Both the position numbers and the translations under genes were made by a program. Under the pieces are notes generated by a model. It had not been told where the DNA came from. It saw only the letters and a list, made by a program, of their open reading frames with translations, and did not search any database. Shown here one piece after another: positions 8,594 to 19,200 of a stretch of 32,000 bases of DNA (position 1 is the stretch's first letter; each line of letters starts with the position of its first letter). This DNA is from Dickeya solani IPO 2222 (GTDB lineage Bacteria > Pseudomonadota > Gammaproteobacteria > Enterobacterales > Enterobacteriaceae). The stretch lies in NCBI RefSeq assembly GCF_001644705.1, contig NZ_CP015137.1:2730001-2762000 (forward strand), in the 5' to 3' direction.

Positions 8594-9972
8594 ATTTGAA
8601 TACCGGGCTTTACCTGCAGGTTTATGTTGTTATCACGTTGGTATTTTGCGGACTGACGCAGTATTTCACCGGCGTGCTGGCAGTGCTGTGGTTGCCTTTT
8701 ATTTTTGCTTTAATCATGGTGGGGTTGCTGATTATGCAGACCCGCTACGATGCGTTGCATTTGGATACGCAAGAATTGGTGGTTATCACACTTTATCTCT
8801 CTTTTCTGGCAATGGCGGGAGTGTCTACGCTGTTACAGGGTGGAATAACGGTCACTATCGTTGGGTTTAAAAACGAGATCGCATTGTCGCTGATGATGTT
8901 TTGCCTGTTGTTGGGGTTTTGTCGTGAATCACAAATTTACCGCGTGACCCGTAATTTGTATTGGGTGTTCTACGCGCAGTTCCCGGTCGTGATTTATCAG
9001 GTGCTGTTTGTTTTGCCGCGGCGGGTGGCATTGCGTGGAGAAGATGAAAAATGGGACTCCGTGGTCGGCACTTTTGGCGGCGACCCGATGGGCGGGGGGA
9101 ATACCGCGGCGATGGGGTTGTTCTGCCTGCTGATTATGCTGCTGAAAGTCTCAGAGTTTAAACATGGTTTGACGTCGTTTAAAACTATGGCATTGCATGT
9201 CGTTTTGGGGTTTGGCCTGTGTATTCTGGGGGAAGTGAAATTTGTTATCCTGGTTTCACCGTTATTACTGGCCTGGGTTTGGTTAATGCCGAGCTACATC
9301 AAAGGTATGAACAACGTAAACCTGAAAGCGATTTTGCTGATTTTTATCGGCATGGCGTTGCTGATTGCCGTGGCGATTACCATTTTGGCGTCGGGTTACT
9401 CCTCGGCGTTTGGCAGCGACCCGACGAAAAGTGCAATGAGCGTATTTCTGGATTCGCTAAGCTATATTTTTGATACCAACTATATTATGGAGTCTGGTGA
9501 GCTTGGGCGCCTTACAACGATATTTTTCTGGCTGGAAAATCACGATATGTGGGGGCTTTCCGGTACGCTATTTGGCTATGGTTTAAATGCGACAAATAGT
9601 GGGAGTGCCGTTTCTCCTGGCTTCTTGAATATTATCTATAATCTAATCATCGATTCGACCTCGCTAAGTGTTTTGCTATGGGAAGTCGGTGTGGTTGGAA
9701 CGCTATTTTTCATCGGGTTGATTTTTTACATCTTAATTATTGCGCAGCCAAAACCGGTATTGGATCGTAATGAAATAGATCAACAGGACCTGCAGCTGCT
9801 GAGTTTTTCTCCGGCCTTTAATGTTTTTGCGGTTGGGTGCCTGTTGAGTCTGCCTTATAGCCAGATCCTGATGATTATTCCCATGTTGCAGTTCCTGTTT
9901 TATTTATCTCTGGGCTCAAGTCTGGTGATTCGCCATTCTGTCCACCGTTATATCGGAAAACCGTATGAGTGA
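8590..9972 (+). CDS. Wzy-like polysaccharide polymerase (O-antigen ligase-like membrane protein)
   Basis: Polytopic membrane protein with a larger loop region. I prefer ATG 8590 ('MNLNTGLY'), which forms an ATGA overlap with the upstream stop, over the ORF-track start 8563. The function is assigned by context. Confidence 0.6.
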   Translation: MNLNTGLYLQVYVVITLVFCGLTQYFTGVLAVLWLPFIFALIMVGLLIMQTRYDALHLDTQELVVITLYLSFLAMAGVSTLLQGGITVTIVGFKNEIALSLMMFCLLLGFCRESQIYRVTRNLYWVFYAQFPVVIYQVLFVLPRRVALRGEDEKWDSVVGTFGGDPMGGGNTAAMGLFCLLIMLLKVSEFKHGLTSFKTMALHVVLGFGLCILGEVKFVILVSPLLLAWVWLMPSYIKGMNNVNLKAILLIFIGMALLIAVAITILASGYSSAFGSDPTKSAMSVFLDSLSYIFDTNYIMESGELGRLTTIFFWLENHDMWGLSGTLFGYGLNATNSGSAVSPGFLNIIYNLIIDSTSLSVLLWEVGVVGTLFFIGLIFYILIIAQPKPVLDRNEIDQQDLQLLSFSPAFNVFAVGCLLSLPYSQILMIIPMLQFLFYLSLGSSLVIRHSVHRYIGKPYE

Positions 9973-10954
9973 TAAACCTTTTATTTCAGTGAGTATTAAG
10001 ACATTCAATGAGGCGGAATGCATCGAGAAAACCATCGACAGTATTCGTCGCCATATTGCGGATTATCCCCATAAAATTATTGTTGCCGATAGCTTATCAA
10101 CCGACAACACCCAGCAGCTCGCCAGCGCCAAAGGCGTTACCGTGGTGTCGCTGACTGAACCGTCTGAACGCTGTTGTGGCGTGGGGCATCAGCTTGGCTA
10201 TCTGTACAGCCAGGGGGATTATCTGCTGCTGATGGACGGCGATATGGAGCTGGAAGATGGCTTTATTGAGCAGGGCATCGCATTTTTGGCGGCGCATCCC
10301 GATTACGCCGGCGTGGCTGGAACGGTAGAGATGGATGGCGCGGCGAACTATGAATTTACATCGCGTAAACAGCGCCTTCATAAAATATATCCGCTGGGCG
10401 ACTGTGGTCATTTAGGCGGCGGGGGGTTATACCGTCGCTCGGCAATTGAAAAAATAGGTTATCTCACCAACCGCAGCTTGCATGGTTATGAAGAAGCTGA
10501 ATTAGGCATTCGCCTGCGCTATGCCCAATATAAATTACATCGACTTAACGTGCCTTATTTCCGCCACACGTCATATACCATGCCAACATATAAAATGCTG
10601 CAATATCGTTGGAGGAGCGGTTTTCTCTGGGCGCCGGGCGAGCTTTTACGCAGCGCATGGGGGATGCCTTATTTCCGCGAGGCGTTACATATCGTTAAAA
10701 ACGAGGCGGTGTTTGCGGTTTATCTGCTGGCGCTGGTGATGAGTTTATTGACGTTTAACGCCGGTATTATTGGCATAGCGTTGCTGCCGTTACTCGCTTT
10801 TGTGGCATTAAAAACGATTAAGAACCGTTCACTGCTGAACGGGTTACAAAGCGTGATGAACCTGGCTGTATTTTCTGCAGGATTGGTCAAAGGGTTAACC
10901 AGACCCGTGCGCGACCCTATGACACCACCAGGCAGCAAGGTTATTCATGAATAG
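9965..10954 (+). CDS. Family 2 glycosyltransferase with C-terminal TM segments
   Basis: 329 aa with an N-terminal GT-A signature ('ISVSIKTFNEAECIEKTIDSI', 'VADSLSTDNT', 'LLLMDGDME' DxD). It overlaps the upstream gene by 8 nt. Confidence 0.85.
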   Translation: MSDKPFISVSIKTFNEAECIEKTIDSIRRHIADYPHKIIVADSLSTDNTQQLASAKGVTVVSLTEPSERCCGVGHQLGYLYSQGDYLLLMDGDMELEDGFIEQGIAFLAAHPDYAGVAGTVEMDGAANYEFTSRKQRLHKIYPLGDCGHLGGGGLYRRSAIEKIGYLTNRSLHGYEEAELGIRLRYAQYKLHRLNVPYFRHTSYTMPTYKMLQYRWRSGFLWAPGELLRSAWGMPYFREALHIVKNEAVFAVYLLALVMSLLTFNAGIIGIALLPLLAFVALKTIKNRSLLNGLQSVMNLAVFSAGLVKGLTRPVRDPMTPPGSKVIHE

Positions 10955-10960
10955 GCAGGT

Positions 10961-12175
10961 ATGATGAAAGTTTTATTAGTCAATAAATTTTTCTATATCA
11001 AGGGCGGCGCAGAAACGGTTTATTTTCAAGAGATTGATATGCTGAAAAAGGCTGGCGTTGAGGTTATCGCTTTCTCAATGCAGCATGAAAATAACTTTCC
11101 GTCAGACTACGCGCCCTATTTTGTTGGTAATGTCGATTATCATCAAAGCAGTAGCGTGATTGGGGCAATTAAAACCGCGGTTAACTTTATTCATAATGCT
11201 GAAGCATGTAATAAGTTGCTGGAACTATTGCATAAAGAAAAGCCGGATATCGTTCATTTCCACAATATCTATCACCAGCTCACGCCATCGTTGATTAAAA
11301 TTGCTCGTCAGTTTGGGTGCAAAACCGTGTTAACGGCCCATGACTACAAGATTATCTGCCCTTCATACACCATGTTGCGTGATGGCAAAGTCTGTGACGC
11401 CTGTTTAACCGGTTCGGTATTTAATGCCTTTAAATATCGTTGCCAGCAAGGTTCTGCATCAAAAAGCCTGCTGCTTTCATTAGAGGGCGCCTGGCAGAAT
11501 ATTGCCAAAAACTATCAGGCATTGGATGTGATCGTTTCACCCAGCGAATTTCTGCGTAATCAATTAATTCGCAAGCTGCCGAATTCTCGTATTGATGTGA
11601 TTGTGAACGGCATTAATGACAGTCTGCCGGTGGAGGATGTTAAAGACGAAGGCTATTTGCTGTTTATTGGCCGCCTGAGTCGGGAAAAAGGCGTTGCTAC
11701 GCTGGCCAGGGCGCATCAGCAAATGCGTAATAGAATTCCGTTAAAAATTGCGGGCAGCGGGCCGCTGTATAACGAACTGGTCGCGCAATTTCCGAATGCG
11801 GAATTCCTGGGTTATAAGCAGCAGGGTGAAGAACTTAACCGGCTGATTAAATATGCGCGCGCAGTGGTGGTTCCTTCCGAATATTATGAAAACTGCTCAA
11901 TGTCGGTACTGGAGTCGATGGCGTTCGCCAAACCGGTAGTCGGCGGGCGTATTGGCGGCATTCCTGAGCAAATTCGCGATAAGGTAGACGGCGTTTTATT
12001 CGAACCCGGTAATGTGCAGGCATTAGCCGATGTGCTGGATGAGCTGGCGTTGAATCCACAAAAAGCCAGAGAAATGGGATTAAATGCGCGTCAGCGTCTT
12101 AGCGAAAAGTATTCACTGCATAAACACACAGAATCTCTATTGGCGCTTTATCAGGAAATATTAAACGAAAAATAA
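10961..12175 (+). CDS. Family 4 (GT-B) glycosyltransferase
   Basis: 404 aa with N-terminal 'NKFFYIKGGAE' and a C-terminal GT1/GT4 motif ('VVPSEYYENCSMSVLESMAFAKPVVGGRIGGIPE'). Confidence 0.85.
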   Translation: MMKVLLVNKFFYIKGGAETVYFQEIDMLKKAGVEVIAFSMQHENNFPSDYAPYFVGNVDYHQSSSVIGAIKTAVNFIHNAEACNKLLELLHKEKPDIVHFHNIYHQLTPSLIKIARQFGCKTVLTAHDYKIICPSYTMLRDGKVCDACLTGSVFNAFKYRCQQGSASKSLLLSLEGAWQNIAKNYQALDVIVSPSEFLRNQLIRKLPNSRIDVIVNGINDSLPVEDVKDEGYLLFIGRLSREKGVATLARAHQQMRNRIPLKIAGSGPLYNELVAQFPNAEFLGYKQQGEELNRLIKYARAVVVPSEYYENCSMSVLESMAFAKPVVGGRIGGIPEQIRDKVDGVLFEPGNVQALADVLDELALNPQKAREMGLNARQRLSEKYSLHKHTESLLALYQEILNEK

Positions 12176-12176
12176 T

Positions 12177-13289
12177 ATGACTACGAAAATTACCGTTTTG
12201 GGAACACGTGGTATTCCAAACGTGTTAGGCGGTGTGGAAACACATTGTCAAAATTTATACCCGACTATTAAACAGCAATTCGACGTGGATATTTGCGTTA
12301 TCGCACGTTCACCTTATGTTAATTATAAAGAATCACAATATCGAGGAGTGATGACGCGCGCTTTACTGGCTCCGAAGAAACGTTCATTAGAGGCAATAGT
12401 CCATTCGGTGCTGGCGGCATTTATCACCTGCTTTGATCAGTCCACGGTGGTGCATGTTCACGCTATTGGTCCGGGTCTGGTTGTGCCGCTGCTGCGTTTG
12501 CTGGGTAAAAAAGTGGTTTTTACCCATCATGGCCCGGATTATGACCGCCAGAAATGGGGGTTCCTGGCAAAGAAAGTTTTATTGCTGGGTGAAAAGGTTG
12601 CAGTGAAATATGCCAATGAAGTGATTGTGATCTCCGAAGTCATTAATAATATGATCAAGCAGAAATATGGTCGAGATGACGCCCATCTTATCTATAACGG
12701 TGTGAATCTCTCTCAGCGATTAACTGCGGAGGTTATCAATCAGACATTGGCGCGCTTTTCTCTTCAACCACAAAACTATTTGGTTGCGGTTGGGCGTTTC
12801 GTAGAAGAAAAAGGCCTGCACGATCTTATCGCAGCCTATAGGCAATCAGGTATCACGATGCCACTGGTTTTGGTTGGCGATGCCGATCATCCCACCGCGT
12901 ATAGCATGCAGTTAAAACAGTTAGCTCATGAAACCCCCAATGTGGTCCTGACCGGATTTTTAACCGGCCATGAACTACAAACTGTCTTCTCACAGGCTAA
13001 ACTCTTTGTGATGCCTTCATATCATGAAGGGTTACCCATTGCGTTGCTGGAGGCTATGTCGTTTTCATTGCCTGTTGTGGTCAGTAATATTCCAGCCAAT
13101 CTGGAGGTGAAATTAGCGCCAGATACGTATTTCAATGTAGGAGACGTGGCGGATTTATCTGAAAAAATCGTGCAGCGCTCTAAATCGTTCTCTGTTGATT
13201 ACTCTGAATATTTACAACGGTATAATTGGCAAATTATCGCGAAACAAACGATGGCCGTTTACACCTCAGTAAATAAGTCAACGAGTTAA
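12177..13289 (+). CDS. Family 4 (GT-B) glycosyltransferase
   Basis: 370 aa with N-terminal 'VLGTRGIPNVLGGVETH' and a C-terminal EX7E-type motif ('VMPSYHEGLPIALLEAMSFSLPVVVSNIPAN'). Its start lies 1 nt after the upstream stop. Confidence 0.85.
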   Translation: MTTKITVLGTRGIPNVLGGVETHCQNLYPTIKQQFDVDICVIARSPYVNYKESQYRGVMTRALLAPKKRSLEAIVHSVLAAFITCFDQSTVVHVHAIGPGLVVPLLRLLGKKVVFTHHGPDYDRQKWGFLAKKVLLLGEKVAVKYANEVIVISEVINNMIKQKYGRDDAHLIYNGVNLSQRLTAEVINQTLARFSLQPQNYLVAVGRFVEEKGLHDLIAAYRQSGITMPLVLVGDADHPTAYSMQLKQLAHETPNVVLTGFLTGHELQTVFSQAKLFVMPSYHEGLPIALLEAMSFSLPVVVSNIPANLEVKLAPDTYFNVGDVADLSEKIVQRSKSFSVDYSEYLQRYNWQIIAKQTMAVYTSVNKSTS

Positions 13290-13307
13290 TAAATCAATAG
13301 GTTAATA

Positions 13308-13715
13308 GTGAACGAATCTAATAAACGCCCGTTAGTCATCGAACGCTTCTACGAGGCGCTTGATGGAAAAACCGACACGGAGCTGACTTCGGAACAACGG
13401 CTGGCCGTTGAGCAGGCGGTGTTATCGATCACGGCGGCTTCAATGCATTGGGTCGATGTGCGTAAGAGTTTTCCTTTTTTTAGCCGGCGCTATTACTTCG
13501 TCTTTTTATTCGGGTTGGATCACCGTAAACGTCCCCGTAAAGAATCGACGCTGTTTTGCATACTGATGACCGCGTTGATCCTGTTTACCGGCTTGTCCTG
13601 CACGCTGGCGGCGCTATTGACGCTATACATGATTAAGTCTGCCTTGGGTATTGATATTTTCCCACATTTCCACTTAGGAATTTGGGATTGGTGGCTCAGC
13701 CTGAAGGATCACTGA
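13308..13715 (+). CDS. Small membrane protein of unknown function
   Basis: 135-aa ORF with a GTG start, a soluble N-terminal part and two clear hydrophobic segments ('YYFVFLFGL', 'LFCILMTALILFTGLSCTLAALLTLYMI'). It is co-directional within the locus. I recognise no family. Confidence 0.45.
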   Translation: MNESNKRPLVIERFYEALDGKTDTELTSEQRLAVEQAVLSITAASMHWVDVRKSFPFFSRRYYFVFLFGLDHRKRPRKESTLFCILMTALILFTGLSCTLAALLTLYMIKSALGIDIFPHFHLGIWDWWLSLKDH

Positions 13716-13753
13716 CCTCCGGTTTCTACTGATGTGGAGATAAGGAGTCATAA

Positions 13754-15148
13754 GTGAATTTTAAAATTATCGCTGTAGGAGGTTTGCTATTTTCTGTATT
13801 GGGTGTGGCCGATGGCGCGATGACGACCGTCACTCCCAGAGGATTAACTGGCCCGTTAACGAATCCGGGCAATGGCGTTGCCAGCTTTAACAAGGGTAAT
13901 GGCGCAACGTTGTCACTGGCGAATTATCCGGATACCGGCATTGAATATGACCGCTTTTACTGGAGTGAACTGGAGCCGGTAGAAGGTCAATATAACTTTC
14001 AGCTTGTGGATGCCATCTTCGAACTGGCTAGCCAGCATCAACCGCCGATGAGCGTGGGGTTGCGCTTTATGACGCTTGACGAGCCGGCCAGTGGCTCGAA
14101 GATTCCTGACTGGTTGATCCAAAAAGGGATCAAGGGCGAGTGGACGCTGGATAAAAAAACCTTTGTACCGGATTTGGACGACCCGGTGTTTATCGAATAC
14201 AGCCAGCGTTTGCTTAACGCTTTTGGTCAGCGCTATGACGGTAATTCGAATCTGGCTTATATCGATATTGGGTTGGTGGGATCATGGGGCGAGTGGCACA
14301 ACACCAATTTCCCCACCATTAAGCCGCTGCTGGAACGCTATACATCCGCTCAGTTAGATAATTACGTGAAAATGTATTTTGCCGCGTTTCCCAACAGCCC
14401 CAAAATTATGCTCATTAGCGGCGGCGATACTTTGGTCAGTGCAGTGAAGCAAGGTGCGGGATGGCGCGCGGATTGTTGGGGAGACTGGCATAATTTCTCG
14501 ACCACGTGGAGTCACATGCAAGATGATTATCCGCAGCGGCTGCAAAACGCGGAGGCTCTTTATCCAAATTTTAGCTCTGCATGGCAACGCGCGCCGGTGA
14601 GTCTGGAAATCTGTGGTTATATGCCGGAGTGGCAGAGCGTGCAGCACTATACTCGTGCGCAAGTGCAGGCGACCTTTGACTGGGCGCTGGCACAGCATGC
14701 CAGCACCATTAATCTGAAATCGCGCAGCGTGCCGACGGAATATCGGGACATTGTGGATAACGCGCTGACCAAACTCGGTTACCGTTTCCGCCTGGCCTCT
14801 TTAACCCATGAGTCTGAACTGGCGCAAGGGCAGAGCCTGACACTAAACAGCCAGTGGTTTAATGACGGCGTGGCGCCCATTTATCTGAAATATGATTTGG
14901 CCTATCGGGTGGTGAATGATGCCAACACCGTGATGATTATGGGAAAAACGGCTGATGACATTCGCACCTGGCTGCCGGGGAAGTATACGCTCGTCTATCA
15001 ATTGGCGATGTCGGAAGCACTGCCAGCCGGGCAGTATAATATTGATGTGGCGATGCTGGATGCAAAGGGAGTATCGCGAATTAATCTCGCCAACGAGGGC
15101 AAGCAGTCCGATGGTTGGTATCGAATTTCCACAGTAACGGTGCGCTGA
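13754..15148 (+). CDS. Secreted glycoside-hydrolase-like protein (TIM-barrel, DUF4832-like)
   Basis: 464 aa with a GTG start preceded by 'aaggag'. It has a signal peptide ('MNFKIIAVGGLLFSVLGVADG') plus 'YWSELEPVEGQYNF' and 'GLVGSWGEWHN' motifs typical of clan GH-A-like polysaccharide hydrolases. EPS loci commonly carry such a gene. Confidence 0.6.
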   Translation: MNFKIIAVGGLLFSVLGVADGAMTTVTPRGLTGPLTNPGNGVASFNKGNGATLSLANYPDTGIEYDRFYWSELEPVEGQYNFQLVDAIFELASQHQPPMSVGLRFMTLDEPASGSKIPDWLIQKGIKGEWTLDKKTFVPDLDDPVFIEYSQRLLNAFGQRYDGNSNLAYIDIGLVGSWGEWHNTNFPTIKPLLERYTSAQLDNYVKMYFAAFPNSPKIMLISGGDTLVSAVKQGAGWRADCWGDWHNFSTTWSHMQDDYPQRLQNAEALYPNFSSAWQRAPVSLEICGYMPEWQSVQHYTRAQVQATFDWALAQHASTINLKSRSVPTEYRDIVDNALTKLGYRFRLASLTHESELAQGQSLTLNSQWFNDGVAPIYLKYDLAYRVVNDANTVMIMGKTADDIRTWLPGKYTLVYQLAMSEALPAGQYNIDVAMLDAKGVSRINLANEGKQSDGWYRISTVTVR

Positions 15149-15174
15149 GCACGGAATAAAGAATAGATATTCAT

Positions 15175-15675
15175 ATGCTGAAAAATATCGGCCATGTATG
15201 GCGTGAGGTAAAGGCGGCCGGCAGTGTTAAAGCCAAACTGGTCATACTGCTGTTTCGCCTTTCTACCATTTATCAGTCATCAAATGCACTGCTGAAAATT
15301 ATCAGCATTCCTTTTGTTGTCCTGAATAAAGTGATTAATGAGTGGCTGTTTTGTGTGGAAATTCCGCACAGAACCCAAATCGGTTTTGGGCTGAAAATAT
15401 ATCACCCGCACTGTATTGTGGTGAATTCCGACGTAATCATCGGGGCGAACTGCACATTACGGCAGGGGGTCACCATTGGCAGCGTGATAAACCGTGAAGG
15501 CCATACCACCAAAAGCCCGGTGCTGGGCAATCAGGTGGAGCTTGGCGCCAATGCCATTTTGCTCGGCGACATTACATTAGGTGATAACGTAAAAGTCGGC
15601 GCCGGAACCGTGGTAACAAAAAGCCTTGCTGCGGGAAAGGTGGTCGTGGGGTATGGGGTCAGGGAATTGAATTGA
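15175..15675 (+). CDS. Hexapeptide-repeat O-acetyltransferase (serine acetyltransferase/WcaB-like)
   Basis: 166 aa with left-handed beta-helix repeats ('IGANCTLRQGVTIGSV', 'VLGNQVELGANAILLGDITLGDNVKVGAGTVV'). Confidence 0.85.
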   Translation: MLKNIGHVWREVKAAGSVKAKLVILLFRLSTIYQSSNALLKIISIPFVVLNKVINEWLFCVEIPHRTQIGFGLKIYHPHCIVVNSDVIIGANCTLRQGVTIGSVINREGHTTKSPVLGNQVELGANAILLGDITLGDNVKVGAGTVVTKSLAAGKVVVGYGVRELN

Positions 15676-15833
15676 GTGCGTATGCTCATTTCTGTGCGGG
15701 TGTAATGTGACAGCGGGTTGCCATTCTTGCTGTCTACTAAAATGATGGGTCACATGCGATAAAGAAATGTCCGGTTCGTTCCTTCGGTTCGATTCCCTAT
15801 TCTGCTCCAGAGGGAAGAAGGGAGGATGACATT

Positions 15834-16123
15834 ATGCCAGCAGCAAAAGGTGTTTCTGCTAAACGCGTGACATTAAATTTACGTATCAAGCCCGCCGAAC
15901 GCGATCTTATCGATCGTGCGGCGAAGGTCAGAGGAAAAAAACGCACCGATTTTGTTCTTGAAGCTACCCGGGCTGCTGCAGAGGAGGCGTTGATCGATCA
16001 GCGCATCATCATGGCCGATCCTGAGGTTTACCAGGAATTTATCGCCCGCTTGGATCAGGCTCCTGCGCCGAATGCCGCGCTGCGTAAAACCATGCAAACA
16101 CCCGCATCGTGGGAACAGAAAAA

Positions 16124-16127
<4 letters not shown>
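15834..16127 (+). CDS. DUF1778-family (RHH, TacA/AtaR-like) antitoxin, now orphaned
   Basis: 97 aa containing 'LNLRIKPAERDLIDRAAKVRGKKRTDFVLEA'. It differs from the 22880-23173 paralogue at 14 of 97 residues by my count. Confidence 0.85.
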
Positions 16128-16438
<311 letters not shown>

Positions 16439-16582
16439 AATTGATGCCGTGCCCGTGAAAATCAAAAAATGAATGGTTCGTTTTTCGGGATACTTACATA
16501 TCCACCTCGATTCAAAATAAGATAATAAGACAGGTATGACCCAAGTGGGTCTTATCACAACGAGGCGGCATCAAATATGATA

Positions 16583-17638
16583 TTATTCAATAAAGCCTCG
16601 CACTGCTTGCGGAGTCTTTCCAGTCCAGGCCTGGAACGCTCGAGCAAAGGAGTTTGAGTCCTCATAGCCCAGTAGAAAAGATATTTCCGCACTCGACATA
16701 TCTGTATTGCGTAAATAGTGATGCGCGAGAGATCCACGCACGTTATCGAGAATTTGCTGGAATGAGGTACCCTCATTTTGAAGCCTGCGCTGCAGTGTAC
16801 GTGTGCTGACAGCAAGTTTTCGACTCACCACCTGCATCGATGCTTCTCCGGCCGGTAAGGTCTCCAGCAGAGTGCTACGCACTCTTTCTGACATGCCAGC
16901 TATCTTATCTAAATCAGCCAATCTCTGACGCAAAGAAGGTTCAAAGAAAAGCCACATTTTGTGATTTTCTGTCAGAAAGGGTCTCTCCATATCCTCAGTT
17001 AAAAACACCAAAGTAGCTAAGGGGCTATTCGTGGCTGATGTGCCGAAAAAATTCTCATAGGCGAGCGCAAAATCATTTCTTGTATCCGTTGCCAATGGCC
17101 AGCTGACTCGCAATGGCTTCACGGAAGTACGTGTCGCCAAACGTACGAGTTGTACAAAAAAGACGAGCTTAAATGTAAGAAACACATCTGGTGGCTGTCT
17201 GGTGTTGTCCATGAAGTCAATTGAGACTGTGGTGTGCACTGTAGTGCGGTCTATCTTGAAGCTCATGGGAGCGATAAGCCTGACGTACTTTGCCATTCGC
17301 TCAAGAGCACAACTCATATTTGAACTACAGAGCGCAGCAAAAAGCTCGGGATCGAACCAGTCTGATGACATCACCTTTGCTATCTGCAATGCGACAGGAA
17401 TATCGGCATTAAAAGACATGGCCTCGTCTTCGATGGCTACCCAGAGTTTGAAAAAATTGTCCGGATCCAGACGAGCGTTTTGGCGAGCAAAGAGATCGCC
17501 TGGAAGCTGCGCACGACGCAAAACTGGCGAGGCTTCTATGCCTGCGTCTTGCATCAATAGGCGCCAACCTGGCCAGATTGAATAGTCCTGCATGCTGTCG
17601 TTTCGACGCTTTAATGTATGTGCTTTTTCTATAGTCAT
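16583..17638 (-). CDS. AraC-family transcriptional regulator
   Basis: 351 aa with a C-terminal double-HTH signature ('LAVSTRTLQRRLQNEGTSFQQILD...ISFLLGYEDSNSFARAFQAWTGKTP'). It is divergent from the SDR gene. Confidence 0.9.
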   Translation of the reverse strand: MTIEKAHTLKRRNDSMQDYSIWPGWRLLMQDAGIEASPVLRRAQLPGDLFARQNARLDPDNFFKLWVAIEDEAMSFNADIPVALQIAKVMSSDWFDPELFAALCSSNMSCALERMAKYVRLIAPMSFKIDRTTVHTTVSIDFMDNTRQPPDVFLTFKLVFFVQLVRLATRTSVKPLRVSWPLATDTRNDFALAYENFFGTSATNSPLATLVFLTEDMERPFLTENHKMWLFFEPSLRQRLADLDKIAGMSERVRSTLLETLPAGEASMQVVSRKLAVSTRTLQRRLQNEGTSFQQILDNVRGSLAHHYLRNTDMSSAEISFLLGYEDSNSFARAFQAWTGKTPQAVRGFIE

Positions 17639-17813
17639 ACACTCAGTCTATATCGCAGATTATGCCATCTCAATAGCTAAACGCGCCAAATTACCTGTCC
17701 TTATATTGGCGTGTTTGGCTGTTAGATTGGCGCGTTCCGCTAATGATGGTGGCAAGAGTTGGCGGCAGAATACATTCCTAAGATTTATTATTTAAAATAC
17801 TGGGGTCGATAAA

Positions 17814-18620
17814 ATGAAAAAGACAATTTTGATTACAGGCGCGTCGTCGGGTTTTGGTTTGATGCTTGCTAACAAACTCCATAATGACGGCTTCAATGTC
17901 ATTGGTACCAGTCGGCAGCCTGAGAAATATGTGAGCAAGGTACCCTTCAAACTGTTACGCCTCGATATTGATGATGACAGCTCCATTCAGTCATTCACAC
18001 AAGAGTTGTTCTCTCACACTGAGCAACTGGATGTGCTCATCAACAACGCAGGCTATATGGTTACTGGCCTTGCTGAAGAAACACCGATTGAGGTTGGGCG
18101 CGAGCAGTTCGAAACTAATTTCTGGGGCACCATCAAGGTCACAAATGCTTTACTACCGCGCTTTCGCAAACAGAAGAACGGCCAGATCATCACTGTCAGT
18201 TCGATTGTCGGTTTGATAGGACCGCCTAACCTGTCTTATTACACTGCCTCAAAACACGCGGTTGAGGGGTACTTTAAATCCCTGCGTTTTGAACTGGACC
18301 ATTTCAACATCAAGGTCAGCATGGTAGAGCCGGTGTGGTTCAAAACTAATCTTGGCAATCACTCTGTTTCATCGACGGAACACAAAATCGCGGACTATGA
18401 CGCTTACCGCCAACAGGTACAAGCTGCTACGAAAAAAGGGATGGACGAGGCAGAAGCACCAGACACCGTAGTATCAACCATCACCAGACTTATCCAAACT
18501 AAAGAGCCCCGATTCAGTAACCCTGTTGGCAAGATGACTGGCGTGATTCTTTTCTTACAGAGCTATGTTCCCAAGATGTTTGAAGGTTCGATTCTTAAAA
18601 GCGTCAAAACTGCGAAGTAG
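17814..18620 (+). CDS. Short-chain dehydrogenase/reductase (classical SDR)
   Basis: 268 aa with 'ILITGASSGFG', 'NNAG' and 'YYTASKHAVEGY'. Confidence 0.9.
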   Translation: MKKTILITGASSGFGLMLANKLHNDGFNVIGTSRQPEKYVSKVPFKLLRLDIDDDSSIQSFTQELFSHTEQLDVLINNAGYMVTGLAEETPIEVGREQFETNFWGTIKVTNALLPRFRKQKNGQIITVSSIVGLIGPPNLSYYTASKHAVEGYFKSLRFELDHFNIKVSMVEPVWFKTNLGNHSVSSTEHKIADYDAYRQQVQAATKKGMDEAEAPDTVVSTITRLIQTKEPRFSNPVGKMTGVILFLQSYVPKMFEGSILKSVKTAK

Positions 18621-18705
18621 ATATCTGGACATTTGTGCAAACAAATGACTGAGGCTGGTTTTCCAGCTGTCTGAATAAAATGCCATTTCCCGATTGGAGA
18701 GTTAA

Positions 18706-19158
18706 ATGACTGATTCTAAAATACATCCTATTGCAGATATTAAGACAGGCCTCCCCCATGAGGCAGCTCAGGCTGGGCTTAAGGAGTGGCATCGAATTGC
18801 TGCTACTCTGGATTGGGGGAGTCTCCCTGACCTGCTTACCGAGGATGTTATTTTCCGTAACCCCGCAGCGATTGAATCCTATCATGGCAAGGAAACGATG
18901 GTGGCCATTATCGGGGCCGTTTTCAGTGTAATGGAAGATTTTACATACCTGCGACACTTCGGCAGCAGCACTGGATATGTCCTTGAGTTCAGTGCCCGAG
19001 TCGGTGATGACGTTATATTCGGCGTTGATCTCGTGGAATTCAATCAGGAAGGAAAAATCACCGATTTCATGGTCATGATGCGTCCCGCACACGTGGTTCT
19101 GAATTTATCTGCCGAGGCAGGGAAGCGCCTTGCTGCTGCTCATCCTTCCGCAGAGTAA
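18706..19158 (+). CDS. NTF2-like (SnoaL-like) superfamily protein
   Basis: 150 aa. Its size and pattern ('WHRIAATLDW...DVIFRNP...FGVDLVEFNQEGKITDF') fit the NTF2/SnoaL fold. The assignment rests on my pattern recognition only. Confidence 0.5.
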   Translation: MTDSKIHPIADIKTGLPHEAAQAGLKEWHRIAATLDWGSLPDLLTEDVIFRNPAAIESYHGKETMVAIIGAVFSVMEDFTYLRHFGSSTGYVLEFSARVGDDVIFGVDLVEFNQEGKITDFMVMMRPAHVVLNLSAEAGKRLAAAHPSAE

Positions 19159-19200
19159 ATTGGCATCCTAATTCTCTATTTATTTTTTAAAGGATATGAA

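Noticed and set aside
15781-15797. 'ccttcggttcgattccc' upstream of the orphan antitoxin resembles the tRNA-Phe T-arm (CCTTGGTTCGATTCC).
   Set aside because: The flanks cannot form a T-stem or an acceptor end. The 14 nt aligned to the tRNA 3' end after GATTCC match at only 4 positions, and the homologous region of the second cassette is even more degenerate. It is a coincidence or decayed beyond use as evidence for an att site.
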